Sequence record: NC_061421.1
Direction: 5' to 3' (one strand)
Length of the DNA stretch: 64,000 nt
Shown here: piece after piece, positions 9,427 through 19,516 of the stretch
How positions within the stretch are numbered: position 1 is the first letter of the stretch
Layout of the letters: each line of letters opens with the position of its first letter
The notes under the pieces: generated by a model
What the model was told of the DNA's origin: nothing
The model's input: only the letters and a program-made list of their open reading frames with translations
The model's database searches: none
Program-made: the position numbers and the translations under genes

Positions 9427-9654
9427 TCAATTAGGGTCAAGTTTATTTTTCCGATGTTCGACGATCTCGTTAATAATCGCAAGTGTAGTGCGTGAAATGA
9501 GAACGATGAAAAAGGCCACTGTAGTGTGCAATGTAACGTTGTAAGGTCCTGTGTGCAGGAGACTCGCAAAACTGGCCAGAAACCACAGCCCGAACCAAAT
9601 TATGGAAAAACGAATTATCTCTACCGCGATACCCTCAGCCGATTTTTGTAACAT
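9427..9654 (-). CDS. small two-TM membrane protein
   Basis: 75 aa; two hydrophobic stretches (IIRFSIIWFGLWFLASFASLL, VTLHTTVAFFIVLIS); tightly packed in operon. Confidence 0.7.
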   Translation of the reverse strand: MLQKSAEGIAVEIIRFSIIWFGLWFLASFASLLHTGPYNVTLHTTVAFFIVLISRTTLAIINEIVEHRKNKLDPN

Positions 9655-9656
9655 GA

Positions 9657-10778
9657 TTACTCCTCGATCAAGTCTTGTAAAAGTCGTAGTGCGTGGTCAA
9701 TTTTCTCTGATGGGATCTGTTCATTTTCCCAACGTTGTTTGAATAACGGGCTGACGCTCGACGGTGTCAATGCAGTAAACTCATAGCGCTTTTGAGTAAA
9801 AGTACTACCCGTCGTAGTCGCGGTTTTCTTCCCTCGCCGTATCTCGGAAAGCTCTAACGCAGGGAACGTCGACTTAAGAATTTCCATCCACGGTAATACC
9901 GGGTCATCCGCCATAAATTCAATGCGTAAGGCTGACCCTTCAACCAGATCGGTTTGTTGGTCGATAAGGTCGATTATTTCCGGGAAATCCAACCCTATGG
10001 CAGAAATAGTCCGATAAATTTTAGCCTTCGTATTAATTTTTCTTTTGAAATTAATTTCTTTTCCATTCAGAAACGTAATTTCAAGAACACCTTTTGGCTC
10101 CTCTTCTCCGTGCCCTAATCGGTTAAGAGATCCTACCGAAATCCATTTCATAAATCGGCTGTGATTGTGGATATGGCCGGATAGAATAGCCAGCGAGACC
10201 AGATCGCTCCATTTAGCAGCATCGTGTAACGCAGGAGAATGTATCCCGGGTAATTGGTAACTGCATCCGCCGTGTACAATTGCAATGTCGACCTTTTCCA
10301 TCCCTCTGGAGTGAATAAGATCTTTAACTTGTTGATAAGTTAATTCTGCATTATGCGTCCATTCATCAGGGAGATAGAGAATGTTTATATCCCATTCCTC
10401 TAGATACTCAATGCTTAGCGCATCGATATATTTCAACTTACACTCAATCCCTTCTCCGGTGTTAATAAAATCAAAGATTTGACTTTGCTTTCTATCATGG
10501 AGGTTCGTCCCTTCCAATACCCGCAACAAAATATCCCACTTTTTACAGTAACGAAGAAGATGTCGCGCGCCTTCCATGGCGTAGTAAATGTCAGGGTCAT
10601 TGAAACTTACTAAGTGATCGAAGTAATCGCCGGAGACGGTGAGAATGTCTAATTCTGGTTTTTCTTCCATTGGGTAGAGCCTACGGATGTCCGCTAACAT
10701 CCGTGGTGATTTGGTTCGTTTATGGAAGAAGTGAATGTCGCTGATGGCACCAATAGTGAGCTTTTTATCAGTAATCAT
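9657..10778 (-). CDS. sbcD: SbcD/Mre11-family metallophosphoesterase nuclease
   Basis: 373 aa; calcineurin-like motifs SDIH, SGDYFD, EGTNLHD, VHGG, SGHIHN. Confidence 0.85.
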   Translation of the reverse strand: MITDKKLTIGAISDIHFFHKRTKSPRMLADIRRLYPMEEKPELDILTVSGDYFDHLVSFNDPDIYYAMEGARHLLRYCKKWDILLRVLEGTNLHDRKQSQIFDFINTGEGIECKLKYIDALSIEYLEEWDINILYLPDEWTHNAELTYQQVKDLIHSRGMEKVDIAIVHGGCSYQLPGIHSPALHDAAKWSDLVSLAILSGHIHNHSRFMKWISVGSLNRLGHGEEEPKGVLEITFLNGKEINFKRKINTKAKIYRTISAIGLDFPEIIDLIDQQTDLVEGSALRIEFMADDPVLPWMEILKSTFPALELSEIRRGKKTATTTGSTFTQKRYEFTALTPSSVSPLFKQRWENEQIPSEKIDHALRLLQDLIEE

Positions 10779-11325
10779 ATTCGTCCGGTTGAATCAGAGA
10801 AGTCGTTGTAGTTGTACTGGCTCCTCCCGGAATAGGTTCGATTGACGTTTGCCCAGGGTAAGGATAGCCGCAATGGACGCGTATTTCATGTAAGCGTCGC
10901 TGCCACATTTCTTTGTCGATGGTATCCAGAGTCAAAGAGGCGTAAATCTTTTCACTCATTGCCTCCCCTTGTTTCCGTAAACGGTTTGTGATCGTTTTTA
11001 TTTCCATGGTAATGGAGAATAACGAATGTTCGCCGCCAGAATATTTAGGCTGAAAATCACCCAGAATAGGCGGGAAAATCCAGTTGATCACCCCTTCTGC
11101 ATTATAAATAAAAACGGGCTTATTTCTTCCGAACGCGATGAGACGCTCCCAGTCGTCTAACGCTTGTTGTTGTACGCTCGCTTCGGTATTAAAAAAGCGC
11201 GGAGCCCAGTTTGTCTCAAATTCTTTCATGCTTATTTTGCTCAGCATATCTGCGGAGTAGTTGATAACGTCGTTGAGATCTCGGGTTAAATCAACTTTAG
11301 TTAATTCAGGCGTTTTTTCAGTCAT
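10768..11325 (-). CDS. conserved core-block hypothetical protein
   Basis: 185 aa, overlaps neighbours in operon. Confidence 0.75.
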   Translation of the reverse strand: MTEKTPELTKVDLTRDLNDVINYSADMLSKISMKEFETNWAPRFFNTEASVQQQALDDWERLIAFGRNKPVFIYNAEGVINWIFPPILGDFQPKYSGGEHSLFSITMEIKTITNRLRKQGEAMSEKIYASLTLDTIDKEMWQRRLHEIRVHCGYPYPGQTSIEPIPGGASTTTTTSLIQPDEYDY

Positions 11326-11716
11326 TGTCTAAAATCCCCAACACCGCTTTAATGACACCGTTGTAGTATTCGATAATACGAGAGAAGTCATAACTTTTCC
11401 CGTCACGTGTAAATCTAACTTTGAAGATCACCCCAAAGGTATCTTTTGTCTCGTCTATCTCTGGCGTGACTAACACTTTGACGTCTGAAAAATGGGTACT
11501 GAACAATGTAGTATATTTCTCGGTCATTTCAGTACAAAGTGCATTTGGGTCTTCAGAGTACAATTGAATCATTGCGTCGAGTGAAACGATTTGTCCGTTG
11601 TAAATATCCGATTGACTAGACTTTGCCCAAATACTAGACGCGAACAATTCGTCAGCGATGACATAAGGGTTTTTTGTGTATCCGTGCCCATTTAAACTTG
11701 GATGTACTGTAGCCAT
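11318..11716 (-). CDS. conserved core-block hypothetical protein
   Basis: 132 aa, operon-coupled. Confidence 0.75.
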   Translation of the reverse strand: MATVHPSLNGHGYTKNPYVIADELFASSIWAKSSQSDIYNGQIVSLDAMIQLYSEDPNALCTEMTEKYTTLFSTHFSDVKVLVTPEIDETKDTFGVIFKVRFTRDGKSYDFSRIIEYYNGVIKAVLGILDND

Positions 11717-11766
11717 GGTGGTTATTCTCGCTATTTAGGGTCTACAGAAATACAGAATAAATACAA

Positions 11767-11800
11767 AAAAGAAAAGGGCACACAATGGCCCTTTTCTTTT
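11767..11800. terminator. bidirectional-type intrinsic terminator
   Basis: AAAAGAAAAGGGC...GCCCTTTTCTTTT inverted repeat. Confidence 0.75.
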
Positions 11801-11808
11801 ATTTTACT

Positions 11809-12429
11809 TTACAGCTTCTCACCTAAAGGATTGAATGGATCAATTCCTTCATCAATGGTGTCGTTGATAACGTCAAAGGTCGCAATCAATTCCATTTGCT
11901 GTTCCATAGTGAGATGTTCCTCTCCCTCTACGTCACAGGCGCCATAAACGTATTCGCTCCACCATTCACCTTTCTCATTCTTTTCAGCTACGCCGTTTCG
12001 GATTGCTGTCCAGTAAGGATCAGGAGTACCTGGGTCGTTAAACACAAATGCATCACGTTTAGCTCCCCACGCATGAGTAGACTGACGATTCCAAAGAGAT
12101 CGTGTACGTGGACTGCTCAGTAACCAACGACGCATGGCCATAGGCGCCGTTGCCACTTCTTCCGCAGAATCCAAGAACTGAATCACGTTATCGCGATACA
12201 AACCGCGTTTACTCCGATTCAATCTTTTCAGCTGGGTACGTACAGTGTCGTCGTATAACGACGAAATCATCGTTTTCGCTGAATTCAACATCCCTTTCGC
12301 ACGATCAGACAGATTAGAACTGAATCGTTCCAATCTTTCGTAGGACCGCTGGATATCTTCCCTGTCAGGTATTCCGAAAGCTGCAGCTCGAAAGACGGAC
12401 TCTCCGCCGTCGATGATTGCTATTTTCAA
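11809..12429 (-). CDS. conserved core-block hypothetical protein downstream of beta'
   Basis: 206 aa; ATGA overlap with the beta' stop. Confidence 0.75.
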   Translation of the reverse strand: MKIAIIDGGESVFRAAAFGIPDREDIQRSYERLERFSSNLSDRAKGMLNSAKTMISSLYDDTVRTQLKRLNRSKRGLYRDNVIQFLDSAEEVATAPMAMRRWLLSSPRTRSLWNRQSTHAWGAKRDAFVFNDPGTPDPYWTAIRNGVAEKNEKGEWWSEYVYGACDVEGEEHLTMEQQMELIATFDVINDTIDEGIDPFNPLGEKL

Positions 12430-13880
12430 TGGTGTCTCCCGTATAAGAAATTGTTAATCGTGGAACGCACCGGTTTTCCGATTTCCATGTTGTTATTCAA
12501 ACTCAGAGGTTTATTGAGATCGAAAGTTCCCGTATGCGGAGAAAGCTTACGTATAGCAATAAAGTCCTCACGTGAAAGAATAGGCATCCCGGCCAACTGG
12601 TCCCCATCGAAGTCACAGTTAGGAGCCTTAAGAATCAACAGACTAAGGCCGATTGTGTTATCGTGTGGATCTGTTTTGAACTTTGTTACAAATAGAGATT
12701 GAACCGAACGAAGGTTCAATGTCGGGTTTCGGCCCAGGATTTGTGGTAGGCCACGTTTACCCTGAAGCGTCGTGTATGGCGACCGTTCGATTAAACGATT
12801 GAGCATATCGTGCATATATGGATCATACTGCCCGACACAGTCAATGATAAAGCGCTCGCTTTGCGCCAGAGTTAAACCGTCCCGCATCAACATACCGAGT
12901 AAGTGCGTGTGATACAAGGTTACACCCATACCCCACGGCATGTGCATTTCCTCATAATCGTGAGCACCTGACAAAGAACTTACTACACCACGATAAGTGG
13001 GGCCGGTACGCGAACCGAAGATTTGCTTACGATACCACCCTGGCTTCGATCCCAAAACATTTTTGTCAACAAATTCACGATACGCAATCAACATAGTCAG
13101 TGCTTTGAATGTGTTGTGCTCTCGTGTATTTTGATACCGCGGTTCTTCTTTTCCCACCAAACCATAAATCGCTCTGGCTGCATCAATAACATTGACATAG
13201 CCTTCCGCGCAAAAACGCGTTTTGTTAGAAAGTTCAGTGATAATACTACGCCGTGAGGGTAACGGCAGGTATTGCGAGAACAGCAAATGTCTGTTGTTTC
13301 GCATGAAATCATAAACTTCCGTACGCTTTTGGTCTGGTTTGAAAACCGGCGCCGTCATCAACGTTTCCAGTATCGCATCGAAGTTATCAATGAAATGGTT
13401 ATACCCACGGGGAATTTCCAGTTTCTTGAATCGTTCGTAGATAACGCTATTGCGGTTCTTTGGTTCGTAACGCGTATTACAAAGCCATTCGATAGCGCTG
13501 AAGTCGTCTTGCTTAAAAGCGCGTATCAGCATATCGAGAGCATTAATACGCATAAATGCTCTGACCCCGTATGGGACGCGTATCCATACGCTTGATTCAA
13601 ACCCGCGATCAATCGGCGACATAACCTCGGTGTCACAATGTGGACAAACCGTGTTGGGGGTGTCAGGTTGCGTAGAGGTGTTATACCGGCCAGTGGTCAT
13701 CCCGCATTCGCAGGACGGTAATGTATCAATGACGTCCCCTTCGTACTCCGTCATGGTAAGTTCCCTGACGGGGTCAATCAATTCATACTCATCCGACCGG
13801 ATTTCATTGAGAATAATCGGCGGGCGTTTAAGCCGTTGGATATCTCTGTCGTAGTCAGGTAACGCGTAATAAATGCCCAT
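12426..13880 (-). CDS. non-virion RNA polymerase beta' subunit, N-terminal part (phiKZ gp55-like)
   Basis: 484 aa; Zn-binding CECG...CPHC, GRNPTL, catalytic NCDFDGD; directly downstream of chimallin. Confidence 0.92.
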   Translation of the reverse strand: MGIYYALPDYDRDIQRLKRPPIILNEIRSDEYELIDPVRELTMTEYEGDVIDTLPSCECGMTTGRYNTSTQPDTPNTVCPHCDTEVMSPIDRGFESSVWIRVPYGVRAFMRINALDMLIRAFKQDDFSAIEWLCNTRYEPKNRNSVIYERFKKLEIPRGYNHFIDNFDAILETLMTAPVFKPDQKRTEVYDFMRNNRHLLFSQYLPLPSRRSIITELSNKTRFCAEGYVNVIDAARAIYGLVGKEEPRYQNTREHNTFKALTMLIAYREFVDKNVLGSKPGWYRKQIFGSRTGPTYRGVVSSLSGAHDYEEMHMPWGMGVTLYHTHLLGMLMRDGLTLAQSERFIIDCVGQYDPYMHDMLNRLIERSPYTTLQGKRGLPQILGRNPTLNLRSVQSLFVTKFKTDPHDNTIGLSLLILKAPNCDFDGDQLAGMPILSREDFIAIRKLSPHTGTFDLNKPLSLNNNMEIGKPVRSTINNFLYGRHH

Positions 13881-13910
13881 AAATCCCCTCTAAGCATTAA
13901 ACTCAAGACA

Positions 13911-13941
13911 AAAAAAGAAAGGACCGAAGCCCTTTCTTTTT
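13911..13941. terminator. intrinsic terminator after chmA
   Basis: AAAAAAAGAAAGG...CCTTTCTTTTT inverted repeat with tracts on both sides. Confidence 0.75.
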
Positions 13942-13964
13942 ATTTATATCACCGTACTACTTGA

Positions 13965-15866
13965 TTAACGGCCGAAACCGTAAGAAGCGCGAGAACGCGA
14001 ACGGAAACCACCGCCGTCGTAACCGTTAGACTCGTAGCGGGAAGTGTAACCACGACGAGACGTACGGTTGTCCTGAGAGATACCATCGGCGGTTACGACC
14101 ATACCAGCTTCGGACAGTGCGCGGGTCAGACCAAACAGCCAGTTGGCGTTCAGTTCAATCACGTCAGCACGGTCAGTGATCTGGTATTGACCACCGGTGT
14201 AGTCTTCGATGATTTTCTCGATCTGGTCCATACGGACAGCCAGATCAATGCCATCATCGTTCAGGCAGCGGTCGAAGTCGGCGACAACCTGCGGGGATTT
14301 CAGGCCGAAGTTGGTCAGGATTTCGTAGTAGCCGATTTCACGCAGGTCGCGTTTATGACCCTGTTCGTCAACCCAGGTACCGAGCATCTGCGGCATTTCG
14401 CGGATGATACCGACGTCGTACAGATCGTTGGTGTTCATGATCGCAGAGAAGCGCTTACCGGACACGTTATCTGCCGCATCGATCAGAAGATCGACCGCGT
14501 CTTTACGGTTCGGGTTGCTCATGTCGCAGGCATCCAGCAGCAGGTTCAGCATCGGCGTTACGATAGAGGTGCGCGGCACCTGAATCTGAACGATTTGGCT
14601 GTTTTCGCGGATGACGTTAGACACCAGATCGGCCCACTGGCTGTCGCTCAGAACTTCCGGTAATTTATCGAACTCGCCTTTCAGTTCGTAGGTCAGCGCA
14701 TCCGCAGTACGGAGCGCGCCTTTACCGGCGATCGGACGAAGACCCTGAATCAGTACCGGCTCAGTCATCAGTGCAGAGACCTGCGCCAGAGAGAACATCA
14801 GGTATTCCGGGATCGGGTGACATTTCAGCTCGCTGATAACCAGAGCGGCGCCATAGATACGGGTATCTTGGTCTTCCGGTTTTTTGCTACGGGAAGTGAA
14901 GAAGCTGTTGCTCGGCTCTTCTTCGCCTTTGTAGTACAGATCGACATGGCTAACAATGCCCGCCAGCTGAGTGGACTCACGCTCGGAAAGAACGTTAACC
15001 ATACCGCCACGACGTTCGTCACGCGGAGCGACCATCAGATCAACGACGATATCTGCGCGGTGCGGCAGGTCAGTGATGTCGTCAGCGATGTCGCCCTGGT
15101 GGAACGCGATGTTCGCCAGCAGATCGTTGTTTTTCAGGTCCAGTGCTGCAATGCTGAATTCGTTCGTGTTCAGCAGGCCGTTAACCGTATAGATGATCTG
15201 GTTGAATACCGCGCTGGCGATAGTTTCCAGTTCACTGTCGGTCGGTTTATCGTTCAGGATCGGAGAAGCAGCCAGATGCTGTACCGGACCTTTGAACGCC
15301 GGGTTGGACGCTTCGATCAGTGCGTCGAGAGAGTCTTTGTAACCCTCAGCTTCGTACTGGTCGTTTGCCGTAGTGGTGTAACGCACGGTCAGATCGCGGC
15401 TAACGGTTACGGCCTGTTTCGGCATGACGGTATTACCAACGAAGATTACGGTAGAAGCGAACACTTCACCGGTATCTTTCATGCGCGCTGCAATAACGGC
15501 CGCGTCCAGTTTCATCTGGGTTTCTTTGCCGATGGCCGGGGTTACGGTCCATTCTACCGCGCCGTTCAGGCTCAGGGCGGCGGCGTGTTGTTTCTGAATT
15601 TCTTTCGCCAGTTCGACGAATTTTGCTACGTCGCCTGCCGCAGAATTGAGAGACAGTACCGGCGCGTCTTTACGGAAGTTATAAGTAGAATTCACTTTTC
15701 TCTCCTGAGTGTTGGAAGAATCTTGGTTGGTGGTAGAACGGTTATAAGTACGGCGACGCTGATTCTGATCGCTACCGGCAGATTCGTTACCTGCGGTGTT
15801 ACGCGCTTCAGCTGCTTCAACAACGGTGTCTTTTTCTTGGTTGTGATCGTCATCACGTAAAGCCAT
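13965..15866 (-). CDS. chmA: chimallin, major phage nuclear shell protein
   Basis: 633 aa (known chimallins are about 630 aa); between the DNA polymerase region and beta'; disordered termini; strong high-expression codon bias; AGGAG RBS and TATATCAC promoter. Confidence 0.85.
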   Translation of the reverse strand: MALRDDDHNQEKDTVVEAAEARNTAGNESAGSDQNQRRRTYNRSTTNQDSSNTQERKVNSTYNFRKDAPVLSLNSAAGDVAKFVELAKEIQKQHAAALSLNGAVEWTVTPAIGKETQMKLDAAVIAARMKDTGEVFASTVIFVGNTVMPKQAVTVSRDLTVRYTTTANDQYEAEGYKDSLDALIEASNPAFKGPVQHLAASPILNDKPTDSELETIASAVFNQIIYTVNGLLNTNEFSIAALDLKNNDLLANIAFHQGDIADDITDLPHRADIVVDLMVAPRDERRGGMVNVLSERESTQLAGIVSHVDLYYKGEEEPSNSFFTSRSKKPEDQDTRIYGAALVISELKCHPIPEYLMFSLAQVSALMTEPVLIQGLRPIAGKGALRTADALTYELKGEFDKLPEVLSDSQWADLVSNVIRENSQIVQIQVPRTSIVTPMLNLLLDACDMSNPNRKDAVDLLIDAADNVSGKRFSAIMNTNDLYDVGIIREMPQMLGTWVDEQGHKRDLREIGYYEILTNFGLKSPQVVADFDRCLNDDGIDLAVRMDQIEKIIEDYTGGQYQITDRADVIELNANWLFGLTRALSEAGMVVTADGISQDNRTSRRGYTSRYESNGYDGGGFRSRSRASYGFGR

Positions 15867-15939
15867 CTTTAATTCTCCTAGGAGTTTAAATCAATTATAA
15901 TCGCGATTTCCGAAGATACTCATTATCTTCTTCATTATA

Positions 15940-15947
15940 GTGATATA
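15940..15947 (-). promoter_or_regulatory. putative early promoter TATATCAC for chmA
   Basis: motif 74 nt upstream of the chmA start with upstream T-tract. Confidence 0.7.
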
Positions 15948-16152
15948 GACGTTAAAAAAGTTTGAAATGGGTTATTTTATCATTGAAGATATAATAAGCC
16001 CTTCTTAGCAGAGAGTTCTGTTGAATAATCAACAATAACTTTCTACATATAATAGATTACTACGCCCAGTTGGGCTGTTCCTTCGTTATGAAGGATTTCT
16101 TTCATAGTATAGACTACTAACCTAAAAAAAGATTTTATACCGGAGAACGTCA

Positions 16153-17247
16153 ATGATTTCAGCTTTTGAACTTCTCAACCGTCAGTCCGTTAAAACGTTC
16201 TTCCCTGGTCAACTTACCGTCCTTCGAGGGAATGCCGAATTAAACTTAAGAAACATTAAACGACATTACCTTAACAGTATTCGTGCAGTGGACAGTGACC
16301 ATATCCTGATACAGATACTACAACATCTTCCTACCCGATTAGATCTTGATGACGAACAGTATTATCGTTACTGTCATTCCGCCAGTAAATTGACTCATCG
16401 TGCACTAAATTTAAACACCGAAACTGTCTTGTCGGGGCGAGCCAGTAAAGCCTGGTTTTACGGTCAGGGCATTACCGAGTTTTACATTGTAGAAGAATCC
16501 GATTTACCGTATCGCTTCGACGCTAAAAATTACTGGCGTGCTCTGACCCCTGTACGGGTACTTTCCCATCCGTTAACCGGACTTTCGTTCAATGCGCGTG
16601 ACGGAAGTCCGTTCAGTAAAGAGAAAGGGTTTGCATTTATCTCGATCGACATCGGTCTTTTGGCTGTTCAGTACCGGCATTGGGAGCTTTACAACAACGG
16701 TACGGAAACTCAACAACACCCTGTCTCCATTAACCAATTCATTTACCAGTATCCTTTGGTCAACATGATTGAAGGAGATATGGATTTTTGTTTCTTTAAC
16801 CGGTTAAGATTAAAGAAAGGTTTCATTGAAGAAAATGATGACAAAGCACGACATGGTCTCGCTATCATGGATTTACGACCGATGACGGACCGGGTATGGG
16901 ATGACTGGTTACAACGTGCTCAAACTGCGCCTAGAAGATTTATAGATCTCCCGGCACAAATCCCAGAACTGTTTGCAGATACCCTACTGGAAAGGATTAC
17001 CTTCCCGGACATTTTGTTTAACCGTCAAAACTTGGGTATTTACACGCTGGCAAATTTACCATACCTAAGTACCCTGTCCCGCCTTTCCGGCGAAACAGGG
17101 TCAAAGGATAACGGGTCAGTTCAAACCCAACTAGAACGATGGTATAACCGTTTTGTAAACGGTAACTATTTCCTTCCTATTCATGGCATCAATCCTCAAG
17201 GTACTCTACAGGTTCTTTTGGACGAAGTGCTGACTCCACTTCGTTAA
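16153..17247 (+). CDS. conserved hypothetical protein, probably late/virion-associated
   Basis: 364 aa, GGAG RBS; plus-strand gene between polymerase and chmA as in phiKZ-like genomes; TATG in upstream region. Confidence 0.7.
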   Translation: MISAFELLNRQSVKTFFPGQLTVLRGNAELNLRNIKRHYLNSIRAVDSDHILIQILQHLPTRLDLDDEQYYRYCHSASKLTHRALNLNTETVLSGRASKAWFYGQGITEFYIVEESDLPYRFDAKNYWRALTPVRVLSHPLTGLSFNARDGSPFSKEKGFAFISIDIGLLAVQYRHWELYNNGTETQQHPVSINQFIYQYPLVNMIEGDMDFCFFNRLRLKKGFIEENDDKARHGLAIMDLRPMTDRVWDDWLQRAQTAPRRFIDLPAQIPELFADTLLERITFPDILFNRQNLGIYTLANLPYLSTLSRLSGETGSKDNGSVQTQLERWYNRFVNGNYFLPIHGINPQGTLQVLLDEVLTPLR

Positions 17248-19405
17248 AGTCCGAGAAAGCATCCTCACGAGGGATTTGATCGAAGATCAGTTTACTCTGG
17301 TCTTTATCGAAGAGATAATACTCCAACGATTCCAACACCAGGTAGAACGGTGACATGGCACTACCAATGATTTTACGGATATTAGTCGCCTCTAGGATGT
17401 CGCTTGGAATACCGATTGACATGACGATACTTTCTGGCAGCAGAATACGCCCGATATAGGGTTTATTTTTTGCTGCCAGAAATCTCCGCATCCGTTCCGC
17501 CATCTGCTGGTCTTTCCACTGAGTCAACCACTTCTCTGTTTTCTTTTTCGTGTCATGTACGATACTAAACGCCAAGGCCGAATATGGCGGTGGCTCGATT
17601 CGTCCAAATCGGGGCGCAAAAACTTCTTGCCAAAGTTCGTAGTTTAAATACGGCGTGTTTTGATCTTCTGTTTTCTTCGTGTACCCATCCTCTTCTTTAA
17701 CACGTGCCGCTTTCAGGTAGGTTGTTTCCCCTCTACGTATCGATTCGTAAATTGTATACTCCCACCGCGCCACCCATCTTAAATACTTCCCTAACTCTAA
17801 CGTTTCTCCGGCAGTAACTTTGTCAACAATTTCCTCAATCATCAGATCAAGGTCCTTACGGACGCCAGCCGGGGAGTTGGAAGCAATTAATTCCACGCCT
17901 TTCTTTTCACGGTCATGAATATAAACCCCTTCTTGTACGCGTTTATTAGCAGCGTAGTGTTTAGCGCGACTAGTGAGCATGAAGACAGGGAAAAGATATT
18001 CGTTCTTCATCGAGAGACGGAAGACTTCTTTTTCTTCCTGTACACCCATGTTAACCGTCATTGTGGCGAGGTTATGGGTGGTGGTCTGTGAAACCAGGAA
18101 AGCAATCCCCTCAGCAAGAACGATATTTTCCGGCGTTAAGAGATCGTTGTCCGAGTACCAACGAATCCAATCCTGCACCGTAAAAATCGCAGAGTCGGTA
18201 TCAGAACCAACACCAGCTCGCCGAACCGCATGTGGGAAATCAGAAATCAAGAAAGGGATATTTCTTGACATCAAGAAGGTGTCAATGATTTCTTTATATT
18301 TGTCCAAGGTATAGTAAATCGTGGCACAAGTTGATCCCAATTTCCAATAATCAGGATGTGCCTTAACATCGTCATGCCAAGGGTTGTTCTTCCCTATAAT
18401 TTCAGGAAACATAACGGTGATCTGCGCCATGGTATCTTCATCGACGTGTTTCATCCAGCCAATGTAGTCCTCAACCGGTTCACTGGCTGGCGTTACCAAA
18501 CCCCGAACAAGGTCTCTTACGAGCGCATCGTTAAATTGACGCAGATGGTAGAGATCGCCCATGTAAACGAAAGCTGCTCGTTCGTAATCGCTACATCCTC
18601 TAAGAAAACGACGAAGATTTTTATCGCCTCCTTCCGAACGCCAGTAGAGGTCAGAAGAATACGACAACACTCCCATAGTTTCTTCTAATGTCGGGATATG
18701 TAGCTTAAATTTGTCCACAGTTTCTTTTACTTTCGTCCAGTCGGTCAGTTCAAGAATACTGCTTAAATTTGCGTACAATACGTCAGGTCGCCAATAATGA
18801 CGACTACCAGATAGCAGGCGGTCATTATTCGAGTTTGCAATCCCATTAGCGATACGACAACAACTGGTTAATACCGGGTGCGTTGACCTGTCGTATAACG
18901 GAGAATGCTCAGAACGGTGGTTGCCGGAGATGGCGTTATTCAGGATCTTTTTGTTGTTCTGATTATTGTTGTGGAAAGTGGCTTTGATCGTGTTACCTAC
19001 TTTCTTTGCTTCAAACATCTCGTGCTTTTCAGCAGAGCGCTTCTTTAAGTTACCTTTAATGTATTCAGACAGCAACGATAATTTTTGGTGCGGTGGCAAT
19101 ACCACGGTAAAGGTTGGTGCCATTAACCATTCATTCTCTAAAATATCCGAGAGGTATTTAGAGAACGGAATCATAATCGGTGATTGGTCTAAATTCTCGT
19201 CTCGCTCCAACATGCAGAAAGTCGGGTCAACTAATCCTGTCTCTGGATTGTTTAATTCGTCGATCACAAACTGACGACATTCTTCAAATGGACGACCCGT
19301 GCTTCTCTGGATGAATAAAGCGGTTTGAATAACGTATGATTCATGTACGCCAAGATCGCGTTTATAATCTTTTGCTGTGCGAGTAAAAGGGTTGGCTACT
19401 TTCAC
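17189..19405 (-). CDS. family-B DNA polymerase, catalytic subunit of the split jumbo-phage polymerase (phiKZ gp50-like)
   Basis: KxxNN motif B-like (NNKKILNNAISG), motif C-like GSDTDSAIF, KNEYLF..KHY, KGVE; no exonuclease domain; GTG at 19405 with AAGGA RBS (ORF track extends to 19492). Confidence 0.85.
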   Translation of the reverse strand: MKVANPFTRTAKDYKRDLGVHESYVIQTALFIQRSTGRPFEECRQFVIDELNNPETGLVDPTFCMLERDENLDQSPIMIPFSKYLSDILENEWLMAPTFTVVLPPHQKLSLLSEYIKGNLKKRSAEKHEMFEAKKVGNTIKATFHNNNQNNKKILNNAISGNHRSEHSPLYDRSTHPVLTSCCRIANGIANSNNDRLLSGSRHYWRPDVLYANLSSILELTDWTKVKETVDKFKLHIPTLEETMGVLSYSSDLYWRSEGGDKNLRRFLRGCSDYERAAFVYMGDLYHLRQFNDALVRDLVRGLVTPASEPVEDYIGWMKHVDEDTMAQITVMFPEIIGKNNPWHDDVKAHPDYWKLGSTCATIYYTLDKYKEIIDTFLMSRNIPFLISDFPHAVRRAGVGSDTDSAIFTVQDWIRWYSDNDLLTPENIVLAEGIAFLVSQTTTHNLATMTVNMGVQEEKEVFRLSMKNEYLFPVFMLTSRAKHYAANKRVQEGVYIHDREKKGVELIASNSPAGVRKDLDLMIEEIVDKVTAGETLELGKYLRWVARWEYTIYESIRRGETTYLKAARVKEEDGYTKKTEDQNTPYLNYELWQEVFAPRFGRIEPPPYSALAFSIVHDTKKKTEKWLTQWKDQQMAERMRRFLAAKNKPYIGRILLPESIVMSIGIPSDILEATNIRKIIGSAMSPFYLVLESLEYYLFDKDQSKLIFDQIPREDAFSDFNEVESALRPKEPVEYLED

Positions 19406-19478
19406 GTTACAATCCTTAGATAGAGGTTTCTCTACAGGAATAATCCGAACACTGAAAAAAGAAAAAAAAAGACGATAA

Positions 19479-19514
19479 CTTTCTCTCTGCAACCGAAGGG
19501 TTGCAGAGAGAAAG
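19479..19514. terminator. intrinsic terminator hairpin
   Basis: CTTTCTCTCTGCAACC-GAAG-GGTTGCAGAGAGAAAG, 16-bp stem. Confidence 0.8.
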
Positions 19515-19516
19515 GT

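Noticed and set aside
14187-15860. Long plus-strand ORFs (158 aa and 347 aa) opposite chmA
   Set aside because: Antisense shadows of strong codon bias in a highly expressed gene; no RBS, unnatural composition.
17189-17247. 59-nt convergent overlap between the polymerase and the plus-strand gene
   Set aside because: Ordinary tail-to-tail overlap in a compact phage genome; nothing suggests extra function.
19405-19492. N-terminal extension of the polymerase in the ORF track
   Set aside because: Crosses a terminator hairpin and poly-T tract; GTG 19405 has a good RBS.
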